A stretch of DNA of 20,000 nt from an uncultured virus (IMG/VR IMGVR_UViG_3300025617_000008) (lineage: Duplodnaviria; Heunggongvirae; Uroviricota; Caudoviricetes), in the IMG/VR virus record IMGVR_UViG_3300025617_000008; one strand, written 5' to 3'. A program made the position numbers and the translations under genes. Below are positions 10,295 to 16,723 of the stretch, piece by piece. Below the pieces are notes generated by a model. The model saw nothing but the letters and a program-made list of their open reading frames with translations. It did no database searches and had not been told where the DNA came from. How positions within the stretch are numbered: the first letter of the stretch is position 1; each line of letters opens with the position of its first letter.

Positions 10295-10300
10295 TATTAT
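10292..10300 (+). promoter_or_regulatory. Possible extended -10 promoter (TGcTATTAT) for the sigma factor gene
   Basis: TG-N-TATTAT in the divergent intergenic gap with no good -35. GGAG Shine-Dalgarno at 10313-10316. Confidence 0.35.
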
Positions 10301-10325
10301 ATAAGTATTAATGGAGTTCCTATAT

Positions 10326-11156
10326 ATGACACAAAGACGAGTAAAATACCTAAATAATAAAGATCTTTTAAAAGAGATCCACAAAAGTAAGAACACTTAC
10401 TGTTCTTACGTTGATAAAGAGCATCATCAGTTTGATATTATCCTACCAAGTTTAGAAAAAATTAACAGACTCACAATTGCAGAAGCAAAACGCAATCAAG
10501 CAAAGCGACTAGCAACTATTGAGTTCGAAAAAGCAAAAGCAGAAAAGCAAAAAGTAGTAGCAAAAGATTTTGAAATTCCCTATCAAAAGATAGATAAAAA
10601 AGACTTAATATTTAGAATTATGACTTTCGAGCATGTTCCGCTTGCTCCGGGTCGTAAGAAAACTGTAAAAACAGTAGCAGACGCACATGAAAGAGTAAAT
10701 TTTCCTCCATTCCAGCATTGGAAATTTGATGAAAACGATAATTTAGTGTGTGTTGGTAAATCACACTGGGTTGGAGGCATGGCTAACGGTTATTTCTCTA
10801 AAACAGACGGTCAAGCAACTAACGAGCTTGCTAAGATGTGGATGAAACTGTGTGAACGGTATGCTACAAGAGGTAATGTTCGCGGATATACTTACAACGA
10901 TGAAATGCGTGGACAAGCAATTTTACAGTTAGCACAAATTGGATTACAATTTGACGAGTCAAAATCACAGAATCCTTTTGCTTATTATACTGCCGCTGTT
11001 ACTAATTCGTTTGTAAGAATTATTAATATCGAAAAACGTAATCAAAATATCCGAGACGATATTCTTGAAATGAACGGCATGAACCCAAGTTGGACTAGAC
11101 AAAACTCTAACGAAGGCACAGGTGTCGATCCCGCTAAAAACGGCGAAAAGAATTAG
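10326..11156 (+). CDS. Late-transcription sigma factor, T4 gp55-like, with large internal insertion
   Basis: YLNNKDLLKEI at the N-terminus and NVRGYTYNDEMRGQAI..FDESKSQNPFAYYT..NSFVRII.IEKR, both gp55 hallmarks. Adjacent to gp47/gp46. Start moved from 10311 to ATG 10326 because GGAG lies at 10313-10316. Confidence 0.85.
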   Translation: MTQRRVKYLNNKDLLKEIHKSKNTYCSYVDKEHHQFDIILPSLEKINRLTIAEAKRNQAKRLATIEFEKAKAEKQKVVAKDFEIPYQKIDKKDLIFRIMTFEHVPLAPGRKKTVKTVADAHERVNFPPFQHWKFDENDNLVCVGKSHWVGGMANGYFSKTDGQATNELAKMWMKLCERYATRGNVRGYTYNDEMRGQAILQLAQIGLQFDESKSQNPFAYYTAAVTNSFVRIINIEKRNQNIRDDILEMNGMNPSWTRQNSNEGTGVDPAKNGEKN

Positions 11157-11185
11157 TTGACTTCTTAACAAAAAGACCTTATACT
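11157..11185 (+). promoter_or_regulatory. Sigma70-type promoter TTGACT-N17-TATACT
   Basis: -35 TTGACT at 11157-11162, 17-nt spacer, -10 TATACT at 11180-11185, SD AGGAGA at 11191-11196, ATG at 11205. Confidence 0.8.
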
Positions 11186-11204
11186 AGTATAGGAGAATGA
11201 AATA

Positions 11205-12218
11205 ATGGCGCTATTTAAAAAAGCGGCTTGCTTCACTGATATCCACTTCGGAATGAAGTCTGGCAGTAGACTACACAACAAAGACTGCGAAGATTTTATA
11301 GAATGGTTCATAGAAGAAGCCAAAAAAGAAAATTGTGATACTTGTATATTTTTAGGCGACTGGCACCATAATCGTGCGACTACTGATGTTAGTACGATGA
11401 ACTACAGTGTTAGTAACCTAGAAAAACTTAATAACGCATTTGATAAAACTTATCTTATGCTTGGCAATCACGACGAATTTTACAAAGACAAACGAGAAAT
11501 TCACAGTTTAGAATTTGCTAGACTGTTTCCTAACATTGTTCCCGTGAACAATCCTATTACTGAAGGTGATGTTACACTTCTTCCATGGCTAGTAGGTGAA
11601 GAATGGAAAAAAGTTAAGGATATTAAAAGTAGATATGTTTTTGGACATTTTGAATTACCGTTGTTCTACATGAACGCAATGGTACAGATGCCTGATCACG
11701 GTCAGCTACAGGCTGACGATTTTGTTAACCAAGAGTATGTTTTCTCTGGACATTTTCACAAGCGCCAAACCAAAGGAAACATTACATATATGGGCAATGC
11801 CTTTCCGCACAACTACGCCGATGCGTGGGATGATGACCGCGGAATGATGATGCTTGAATGGGGTGGCAAACCGGAATACCGTAGTTGGCCCGATCAGCCT
11901 CTTTACAGAACAATAAAACTTTCTAAACTTTTAGAAAACCCAGATAATCTTTTAAAAGAAAAGATGCACTGTCGTGTAACAATTGACGTCCCGATCAGTT
12001 TTGAAGAAGCAAACTTTATTAGAGAAACGTTTATGCCGCAGTACAATCTGCGTGAACTTATGCTGATTCCTGAAAAAACTGAAATCGATGGTCAAGATAT
12101 TCAACCTGTTGACTTAAAATTTGAAAGTGTTGATACTATTGTTGTTAATCAAATTACAAATATTGATTCTGAACAGTATGATCAAAAACTTCTATTGGAG
12201 ATCTATAATAACCTATGA
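11205..12218 (+). CDS. Recombination endonuclease subunit, T4 gp47 / Mre11-SbcD metallophosphoesterase family
   Basis: Phosphoesterase motifs DIHFG, GDWHH, GNHD, GHF, SGHFH. Paired with the Rad50-like gene. Confidence 0.93.
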   Translation: MALFKKAACFTDIHFGMKSGSRLHNKDCEDFIEWFIEEAKKENCDTCIFLGDWHHNRATTDVSTMNYSVSNLEKLNNAFDKTYLMLGNHDEFYKDKREIHSLEFARLFPNIVPVNNPITEGDVTLLPWLVGEEWKKVKDIKSRYVFGHFELPLFYMNAMVQMPDHGQLQADDFVNQEYVFSGHFHKRQTKGNITYMGNAFPHNYADAWDDDRGMMMLEWGGKPEYRSWPDQPLYRTIKLSKLLENPDNLLKEKMHCRVTIDVPISFEEANFIRETFMPQYNLRELMLIPEKTEIDGQDIQPVDLKFESVDTIVVNQITNIDSEQYDQKLLLEIYNNL

Positions 12219-13993
12219 TTAAAATTAAAAATCTAACAGTTCGTAATTTCATGAGTGTAGGCAATCAAACTCAAGCAATTGATTTTGATAAAGGTATGCT
12301 AACACTTGTGCTAGGTGAAAACTTAGATCTAGGAGGCGATGACAGTGGTGCTAGAAACGGTACCGGTAAAACAACTATTATCAACAGTCTAAGTTATGCT
12401 ATCTACGGCATCGCATTAACTAACATTAAGAGAGATAATCTAGTTAACAAAATTAACAGCAAAGGTATGCTTGTTACTGTTAGTTTTGAAAAGAATGGGG
12501 TTGCTTATCATATCGAACGTGGTCGCAAACCTAATATTCTCAAGTTAAGTGTTGACGGTGAAGAATACCAAACTGAGGAAGCTGACGAAAGCCAAGGCGA
12601 CAGCAGACAAACACAAAAAGAAATTGAAAAACTGTTCGGCATGAGTCACGACATGTTTAAGCACTTAATTGCTTTAAACACTTATACTGAGCCGTTTCTA
12701 AGTTTAAAAGCAAACGATCAACGTGCTATTATCGAGCAGTTACTAGGTATTACTATTCTAAGTGAAAAAGCAGATGCGTTAAAAGAACAAGTTAGAATTA
12801 GTAAAGATCTTATTCAACAAGAAAACACAAAAATTGAAACTATTAAAGTTAGCAATCAAAAAATTGAAGAGTCTATTCAAAGTTTAGAAAGAAAACAAAA
12901 ACTTTGGCAGGACAACCATAATAGTGCTATTAGTGAACTAGATCAAAGTATTAATATTTTAGAACGCATTAATATTGATGAAGAAGTCGAAGCGCATAAA
13001 TGTCTTGAATCATTTAATGAAAAGAAAAAACGTTTAGAAGAAGCGCAACGCTGGATTGCTAATATTGAAGCAGATAATAGTAAACAAGAAAAAACTATTT
13101 CTAAACTTAATAAAGAAATTTTAATGCTAAAAGAACACAAGTGTCATACTTGTGGACAGGATCTTCACGACAAACAACAAGAAGATATTTTAAACAGCAA
13201 AGAAGAACAAAAACAGGAAGCCGCATTACAGATCTTAGCAAATAACACACAGTGGGATGAACACACTGCTGTTATTAAGGAAGTAGGCGAATTAGAAAGT
13301 TGTCCTCCTACACAATATGATTCATTAGAAGAAGCAGTTAATCATAGAAGTACACTGACAAGTTTACATAAAGAGCTTGAAAATAAAAAAACAGAAATTA
13401 ATCCGTACGAAGAACAGATTGTTGAATTAAAAGAAACTGCTTTACAAGAAATTAATTGGCAAGCGATTAATGACCTTACAAAAGTAAAAGAACATCAGGA
13501 ATTCTTGTATAAACTGCTTACAAACAAAGATAGTTTTGTAAGAAAACGTATTATTGATCAGAATCTAAATTACTTGAATATGCGGTTAACTTATTATCTA
13601 AGCAAGATCGGTTTGCCTCACACAGTTGAATTTCAGAACGATTTAACAGTGGTTATTACACAACTAGGACAGGACTTAGACTTCGATAATCTCAGTAGAG
13701 GTGAACGAAATAGACTCATCTTGTCTATGAGTTGGGCATTCCGTGATGTATGGGAAAGTTTGTATCACAGTATTAATTTACTGTTTATTGACGAACTAGT
13801 AGACAGCGGCATGGACTCAAGTGGAGTTGAATCTAGTATTGCTGTATTAAAGAAAATGACTAGAGAACGTGATAAAAATGTATTCTTAATTTCACACAGA
13901 GATGATTTAGCAACTCGTGTTAATCAAGTTCTTAAAGTTATTAAAGAAAACGGATTTACATCCTATTCAAATGATGTCGAATTGGTGGAATGA
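12215..13993 (+). CDS. Recombination exonuclease ATPase subunit, T4 gp46 / Rad50-SbcC family
   Basis: NFMSVGN, Walker A GARNGTGKT, coiled coil with CHTC zinc hook, signature LSRGE, Walker B LLFIDE, H-loop ISH. ATGA overlap with gp47. Confidence 0.95.
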   Translation: MIKIKNLTVRNFMSVGNQTQAIDFDKGMLTLVLGENLDLGGDDSGARNGTGKTTIINSLSYAIYGIALTNIKRDNLVNKINSKGMLVTVSFEKNGVAYHIERGRKPNILKLSVDGEEYQTEEADESQGDSRQTQKEIEKLFGMSHDMFKHLIALNTYTEPFLSLKANDQRAIIEQLLGITILSEKADALKEQVRISKDLIQQENTKIETIKVSNQKIEESIQSLERKQKLWQDNHNSAISELDQSINILERINIDEEVEAHKCLESFNEKKKRLEEAQRWIANIEADNSKQEKTISKLNKEILMLKEHKCHTCGQDLHDKQQEDILNSKEEQKQEAALQILANNTQWDEHTAVIKEVGELESCPPTQYDSLEEAVNHRSTLTSLHKELENKKTEINPYEEQIVELKETALQEINWQAINDLTKVKEHQEFLYKLLTNKDSFVRKRIIDQNLNYLNMRLTYYLSKIGLPHTVEFQNDLTVVITQLGQDLDFDNLSRGERNRLILSMSWAFRDVWESLYHSINLLFIDELVDSGMDSSGVESSIAVLKKMTRERDKNVFLISHRDDLATRVNQVLKVIKENGFTSYSNDVELVE

Positions 13994-14256
13994 CTACAGA
14001 ATCACATGACAAACTAATCAGAGCATTTCAGGAATACTTTAAATGGCAAGATAAGTTTGAGTATAGTGGTTCAGATGCCGCAGGCATTAAAGCAAGGTAT
14101 TGGTTAAGTGAAATTAGAAACTTTTCTAGTATCAGAAGAAACGAAATACAGGCAAAAAGACAAGATCGTAAGGCAACCAGAAAAGGCATTGTAGGTAGAC
14201 CAAAGAAAGTAAGTAGTGTTGATGAAGACAAACCCAACATGGACTTACCAGAATAA
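13990..14256 (+). CDS. Small basic protein, histone H1-like Hc1-family-like nucleic-acid-binding protein
   Basis: KFEYSGSDAAGIKARYWLSEI....RRNEIQ resembles the Hc1 pattern KFE.GNKAAGTRARK.L.E....RKEIQ; basic tail with GRPKK. ATGA-coupled to gp46. Confidence 0.55.
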   Translation: MTTESHDKLIRAFQEYFKWQDKFEYSGSDAAGIKARYWLSEIRNFSSIRRNEIQAKRQDRKATRKGIVGRPKKVSSVDEDKPNMDLPE

Positions 14257-14683
14257 ACCTTTAGATTCTATTCCAGACGAATATGAAGGGTTTGTTTACC
14301 TAATCACAAACACAACTACTGGGCAAAAGTACGTAGGCAAAAAACTAGCCAAATTTAAAACTACTAAACCGCCACTCAAAGGCAAAAAGAATAAACGCAG
14401 AGGCACAAAAGAAAGCGATTGGAAGGACTATTGGGGTTCATCTGATAGATTAAACGCTGACGTTGAAGCACTAGGCCCAGAAAACTTCACAAGAGAAATA
14501 CTATACCTATGTAAAGGTAGGGGCGAAATGTCCTATATCGAGGCAAGAGAACAGTTTGACCGCCGTGTATTAGAAAGAGATGATTATTACAACGGTATTA
14601 TTAATGTTAGAGTTGGTGGTTCAGACAAGTTACGACAGGCATTGCTAGAACATAGCATCAAGGCAAAGCAATCCAACACATAA
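14222..14683 (+). CDS. Stand-alone GIY-YIG family (Seg-like) nuclease
   Basis: GFVYLITNTTTGQKYVGKK (GIY...YIG), YWGSS, ENFTREIL, candidate catalytic Glu in YIEAREQ and Asn in YYNG. ATG 14222 is preferred over TTG 14216; overlaps the upstream gene by 35 nt. Confidence 0.8.
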   Translation: MKTNPTWTYQNKPLDSIPDEYEGFVYLITNTTTGQKYVGKKLAKFKTTKPPLKGKKNKRRGTKESDWKDYWGSSDRLNADVEALGPENFTREILYLCKGRGEMSYIEAREQFDRRVLERDDYYNGIINVRVGGSDKLRQALLEHSIKAKQSNT

Positions 14684-15107
14684 GGTTGGCGGGCCAGTTT
14701 AGAAATACCGCTGTGGAAAAAGTCTCCGAATAGGAACACACGTACACGTTGATCAACACACCAGAGTGTGGAAGCCATCAAACAAATTGGGCTCACCGGT
14801 TGACGTAGATAGAATGTTGGCTGTCGAAAAACTGTATATTACACATAAAAACTCCTTAGCACTAGGAACGAGGCGGGAGGTAGAAATATAGTGTATTAGC
14901 TATAATTTAGAATTATTGCTTATAAGCTATATTTTGATGTCGACGTAGGTTGGGAAAGGTCAGAGCCCATTGTGTAGCAGTATAACAAACACCTACTTCC
15001 AAGTCTCGGCTGTGACGGACTCACATAAAGTCAAGATTAGATGGAACCCTTAAACAGGTTCCGTCTGACTGAAACAATCTACATAAAGCTAAAATTGCTT
15101 CGCAATT
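14684..15107 (+). ncRNA. Putative large structured non-coding RNA (family not recognised)
   Basis: No credible ORF. Many helices, several with G-U pairs on the plus strand: GGCGG/CCGCT, TTGAT/ATCAA enclosing CACAC/GTGTG, TGGGCTC/GAGCCCA, GTAGAT/ATCTAC, CGAGGC-GGAGGTAG/CTACTTCC-GTCTCG, AAATATAG/CTATATTT, TTAGATGGAACC/GGTTCCGTCTGA. Boundaries approximate. Confidence 0.6.
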
Positions 15108-15124
15108 ATTATATTGTATAAATA
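15102..15124 (+). promoter_or_regulatory. Late promoter TATAAATA (15117-15124) with upstream GCAATTAT
   Basis: Exact T4 late consensus; GC-containing octamer 9 nt upstream of TAAATA. Confidence 0.6.
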
Positions 15125-15139
15125 TCTATAATAAAAAAA

Positions 15140-15185
15140 TGTGTTTGAGCGATAGCGATAAACACAAGTGAGCTTTAGCTCACTT
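15140..15185. repeat. Two adjacent inverted repeats (TGTGTTT/AAACACA and AAGTGAGC/GCTCACTT)
   Basis: 15140-15146 pairs with 15160-15166 (loop contains AGCGAT twice); 15166-15173 pairs with 15178-15185. Confidence 0.75.
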
Positions 15186-15201
15186 ATTAGTGTTATAAAT
15201 A
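15178..15201 (+). promoter_or_regulatory. Late promoter TATAAATA (15194-15201)
   Basis: Exact T4 late consensus 21 nt before the ATG at 15222. Confidence 0.7.
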
Positions 15202-15221
15202 AGAGATCTTGAGATAGTAAA

Positions 15222-16487
15222 ATGAAATTAAATCAATTAGAAAACATCACACATTTAGATGAAGCACCACAAGGCATGTTTAAAAGAGCTGGCTTAAAAG
15301 CAAAATCAGCTTTTGGAAGTGATGTTGCTAAAGGACAACTTCAATCAGGTGACACAGCAAATAAACTAAAAAAAGAATATATGCAGTTTGTAGGCCGAAT
15401 GGCTGATAAAGTTGGAACAACAAATCCAACAACAGATACACTGCTTGCGTTTCTCAAGAGCAAAGGTGTTGATACTAAGGCAGTTGCTTCATTAATCGAT
15501 AAAGAATTACAAGCACTAGCACCACAAAAGCAAGAACCAGTTTCAACTGAACCTCCAGCTGATGCTGTTAAAAACGAGCCAGTGGCACAAACTTCAACAG
15601 ATCCAAACAATCCTCTTAAACCTGGTAACAATACAGCAAACATGAAGCAGGCTAGTTTAGATCTAGACGATCCTAACAGTTCACAAGGCGATCTATTTAA
15701 AAATAATCCTATTCCAAGTATGGCTCCTAAAACACCAGCTGTTAAAAAGCCCGTCGGTCGTACACAGGGTGGCGGGAAAGTCGCAGGTAAGTTAAGTCAA
15801 ACGCCCGGTGCTATAGCAAAGAGAAATGCTAGAGCAAAAGCAAACAAACAACTACAGTTAATGTCAATGTATAGCGAAGACGCACAACGCTATAGAAAAA
15901 ACTTTGAAAAAATTAACTGGGATCTAAAAGAAGATCAAGATTATTTTAACGCACTAAAATTTATGGGTGTTATGGAAGCTGAAATTCCAACAAAAGTATT
16001 AGATAAGGTATTAAACAATGTAGCCGCAGATTTAACAGATCCGGCAGCCGCCGATGTTAGTACACCACAAGATGCGCAAGCAGGCGATCAACAGTCAGAT
16101 ACTGATAGCACTGGCACACAACAAAAAGGCGATGGTGTTTTAAAAGGTATAGGTAAAGCTATAGGTGGTGTTGTTGGCAAAGCAGTAGGCGGCGTTAAGT
16201 CTGGTCTAGGTGACAATCCAGAAGCAAAACCAGGCAGTAAGATTTTTGATCCTGATGAAGAAGATGGGGAAGTAAGAGGTACTCTAAATTATCAGAATAT
16301 TTCTAAACAGTTCCCTGGTATAGATCCAACAATGCTTAGAAGAAGCATGTCTAAAAGTTTACAAGGTCAAGATTTAACCAAAGCTGAACATGAAACAATG
16401 TCTGCGGCAATGACCCAACTGCTTAAGAAAGATCCACAACAAACAGTTAAAGTAATGAACTTGTTTAAACAAGCAAAAGAAGTTTAA
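15222..16487 (+). CDS. Hypothetical late protein, possibly an internal head protein
   Basis: 421 aa, Ala/Pro/Lys/Gln-rich and low complexity, behind two TATAAATA boxes. N-terminal MKLNQLE..HLDEA carries an L-x-E site like T4 gp21 protease targets. Confidence 0.6.
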   Translation: MKLNQLENITHLDEAPQGMFKRAGLKAKSAFGSDVAKGQLQSGDTANKLKKEYMQFVGRMADKVGTTNPTTDTLLAFLKSKGVDTKAVASLIDKELQALAPQKQEPVSTEPPADAVKNEPVAQTSTDPNNPLKPGNNTANMKQASLDLDDPNSSQGDLFKNNPIPSMAPKTPAVKKPVGRTQGGGKVAGKLSQTPGAIAKRNARAKANKQLQLMSMYSEDAQRYRKNFEKINWDLKEDQDYFNALKFMGVMEAEIPTKVLDKVLNNVAADLTDPAAADVSTPQDAQAGDQQSDTDSTGTQQKGDGVLKGIGKAIGGVVGKAVGGVKSGLGDNPEAKPGSKIFDPDEEDGEVRGTLNYQNISKQFPGIDPTMLRRSMSKSLQGQDLTKAEHETMSAAMTQLLKKDPQQTVKVMNLFKQAKEV

Positions 16488-16660
16488 AAAAAAGGTAAAC
16501 CACTTTCCTTAGTGGTTTCCATATTTGATTTTACAATTTCCACAATAATTTCACGTTCTTCAGAACTTAAATTCATTGATTCAGTGAATGATAGCCCACC
16601 ACGCATATACCACACAGAGCGCATAGCTTCTGATTTGATTAGTTTTGCCTGGTCATCCAT
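16484..16660 (-). CDS. Small baseplate/tail assembly protein (gp51-like position), probably the -1 frameshift extension of the upstream gene
   Basis: Missed by the ORF track (58 aa): MDDQAKLIKSEAMRSVWYMRGGLSFTESMNLSSEEREIIVEIVKSNMETTKESGLPFF. The frame stays open upstream to about 16741 and there is no SD before the ATG. Confidence 0.75.
   Translation of the reverse strand: MDDQAKLIKSEAMRSVWYMRGGLSFTESMNLSSEEREIIVEIVKSNMETTKESGLPFF
16486..16520 (-). terminator. Intrinsic terminator-like hairpin plus U8
   Basis: Minus strand GGAAACCACT-AAGGAA-AGTGGTTT(A)CC-TTTTTTTT at the convergent gene junction. Confidence 0.55.
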
Positions 16661-16723
16661 GGCTTTCGTTTCGGCAAGAATGTCGTTAATTTTTAACTGC
16701 GAAAGCCTTGTCCGAAAAAATCC
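16661..16723 (-). other. Putative -1 programmed ribosomal frameshift signal
   Basis: G GAT TTT TTC (heptamer T_TTT_TTC at 16720-16714), spacer GGACAA, then stem GGCTTTCG (16707-16700) / CGAAAGCC (16668-16661). Confidence 0.75.

Noticed and set aside
11197..11205. Mini-ORF ATG AAA TAA overlapping the gp47 start
   Set aside because: Its ATG abuts the SD with no spacer, whereas ATG 11205 has normal spacing.
11205..13993. Intein or intron in gp47/gp46, or a defence-system reading of the nuclease-ATPase pair
   Set aside because: Lengths and motif spacing are ordinary for phage gp47/gp46, with no splicing motifs.
14210..14215. TAAGTA just before the GIY-YIG ATG (and TATAAGTA at 10300-10307) as late promoter variants
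   Set aside because: Both mismatch the core and lack the upstream GC element seen at the six other sites. Possible but unsupported.
14587..14796. 69-aa minus-strand ORF extending into the non-coding region
   Set aside because: It overlaps the GIY-YIG gene antisense, has no motif, and covers only about 110 nt of the gap.
14945..14980. GGGAAAGGTCAGAGCCCAT resembles RNase P (GAGGAAAGUCC) or the group I intron R element
   Set aside because: I found no matching RNase P 3' P4 strand and no group I S element, and no gene is interrupted.
15065..15075. CTGACTGAAAC resembles a hammerhead ribozyme core
   Set aside because: It does not fit CUGANGA, and there is no stem II between it and GAAA.
14684..15221. 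CRISPR or other regular repeat-spacer array
   Set aside because: The repeats are short, degenerate and irregularly spaced, and no cas-like gene is present in the window.
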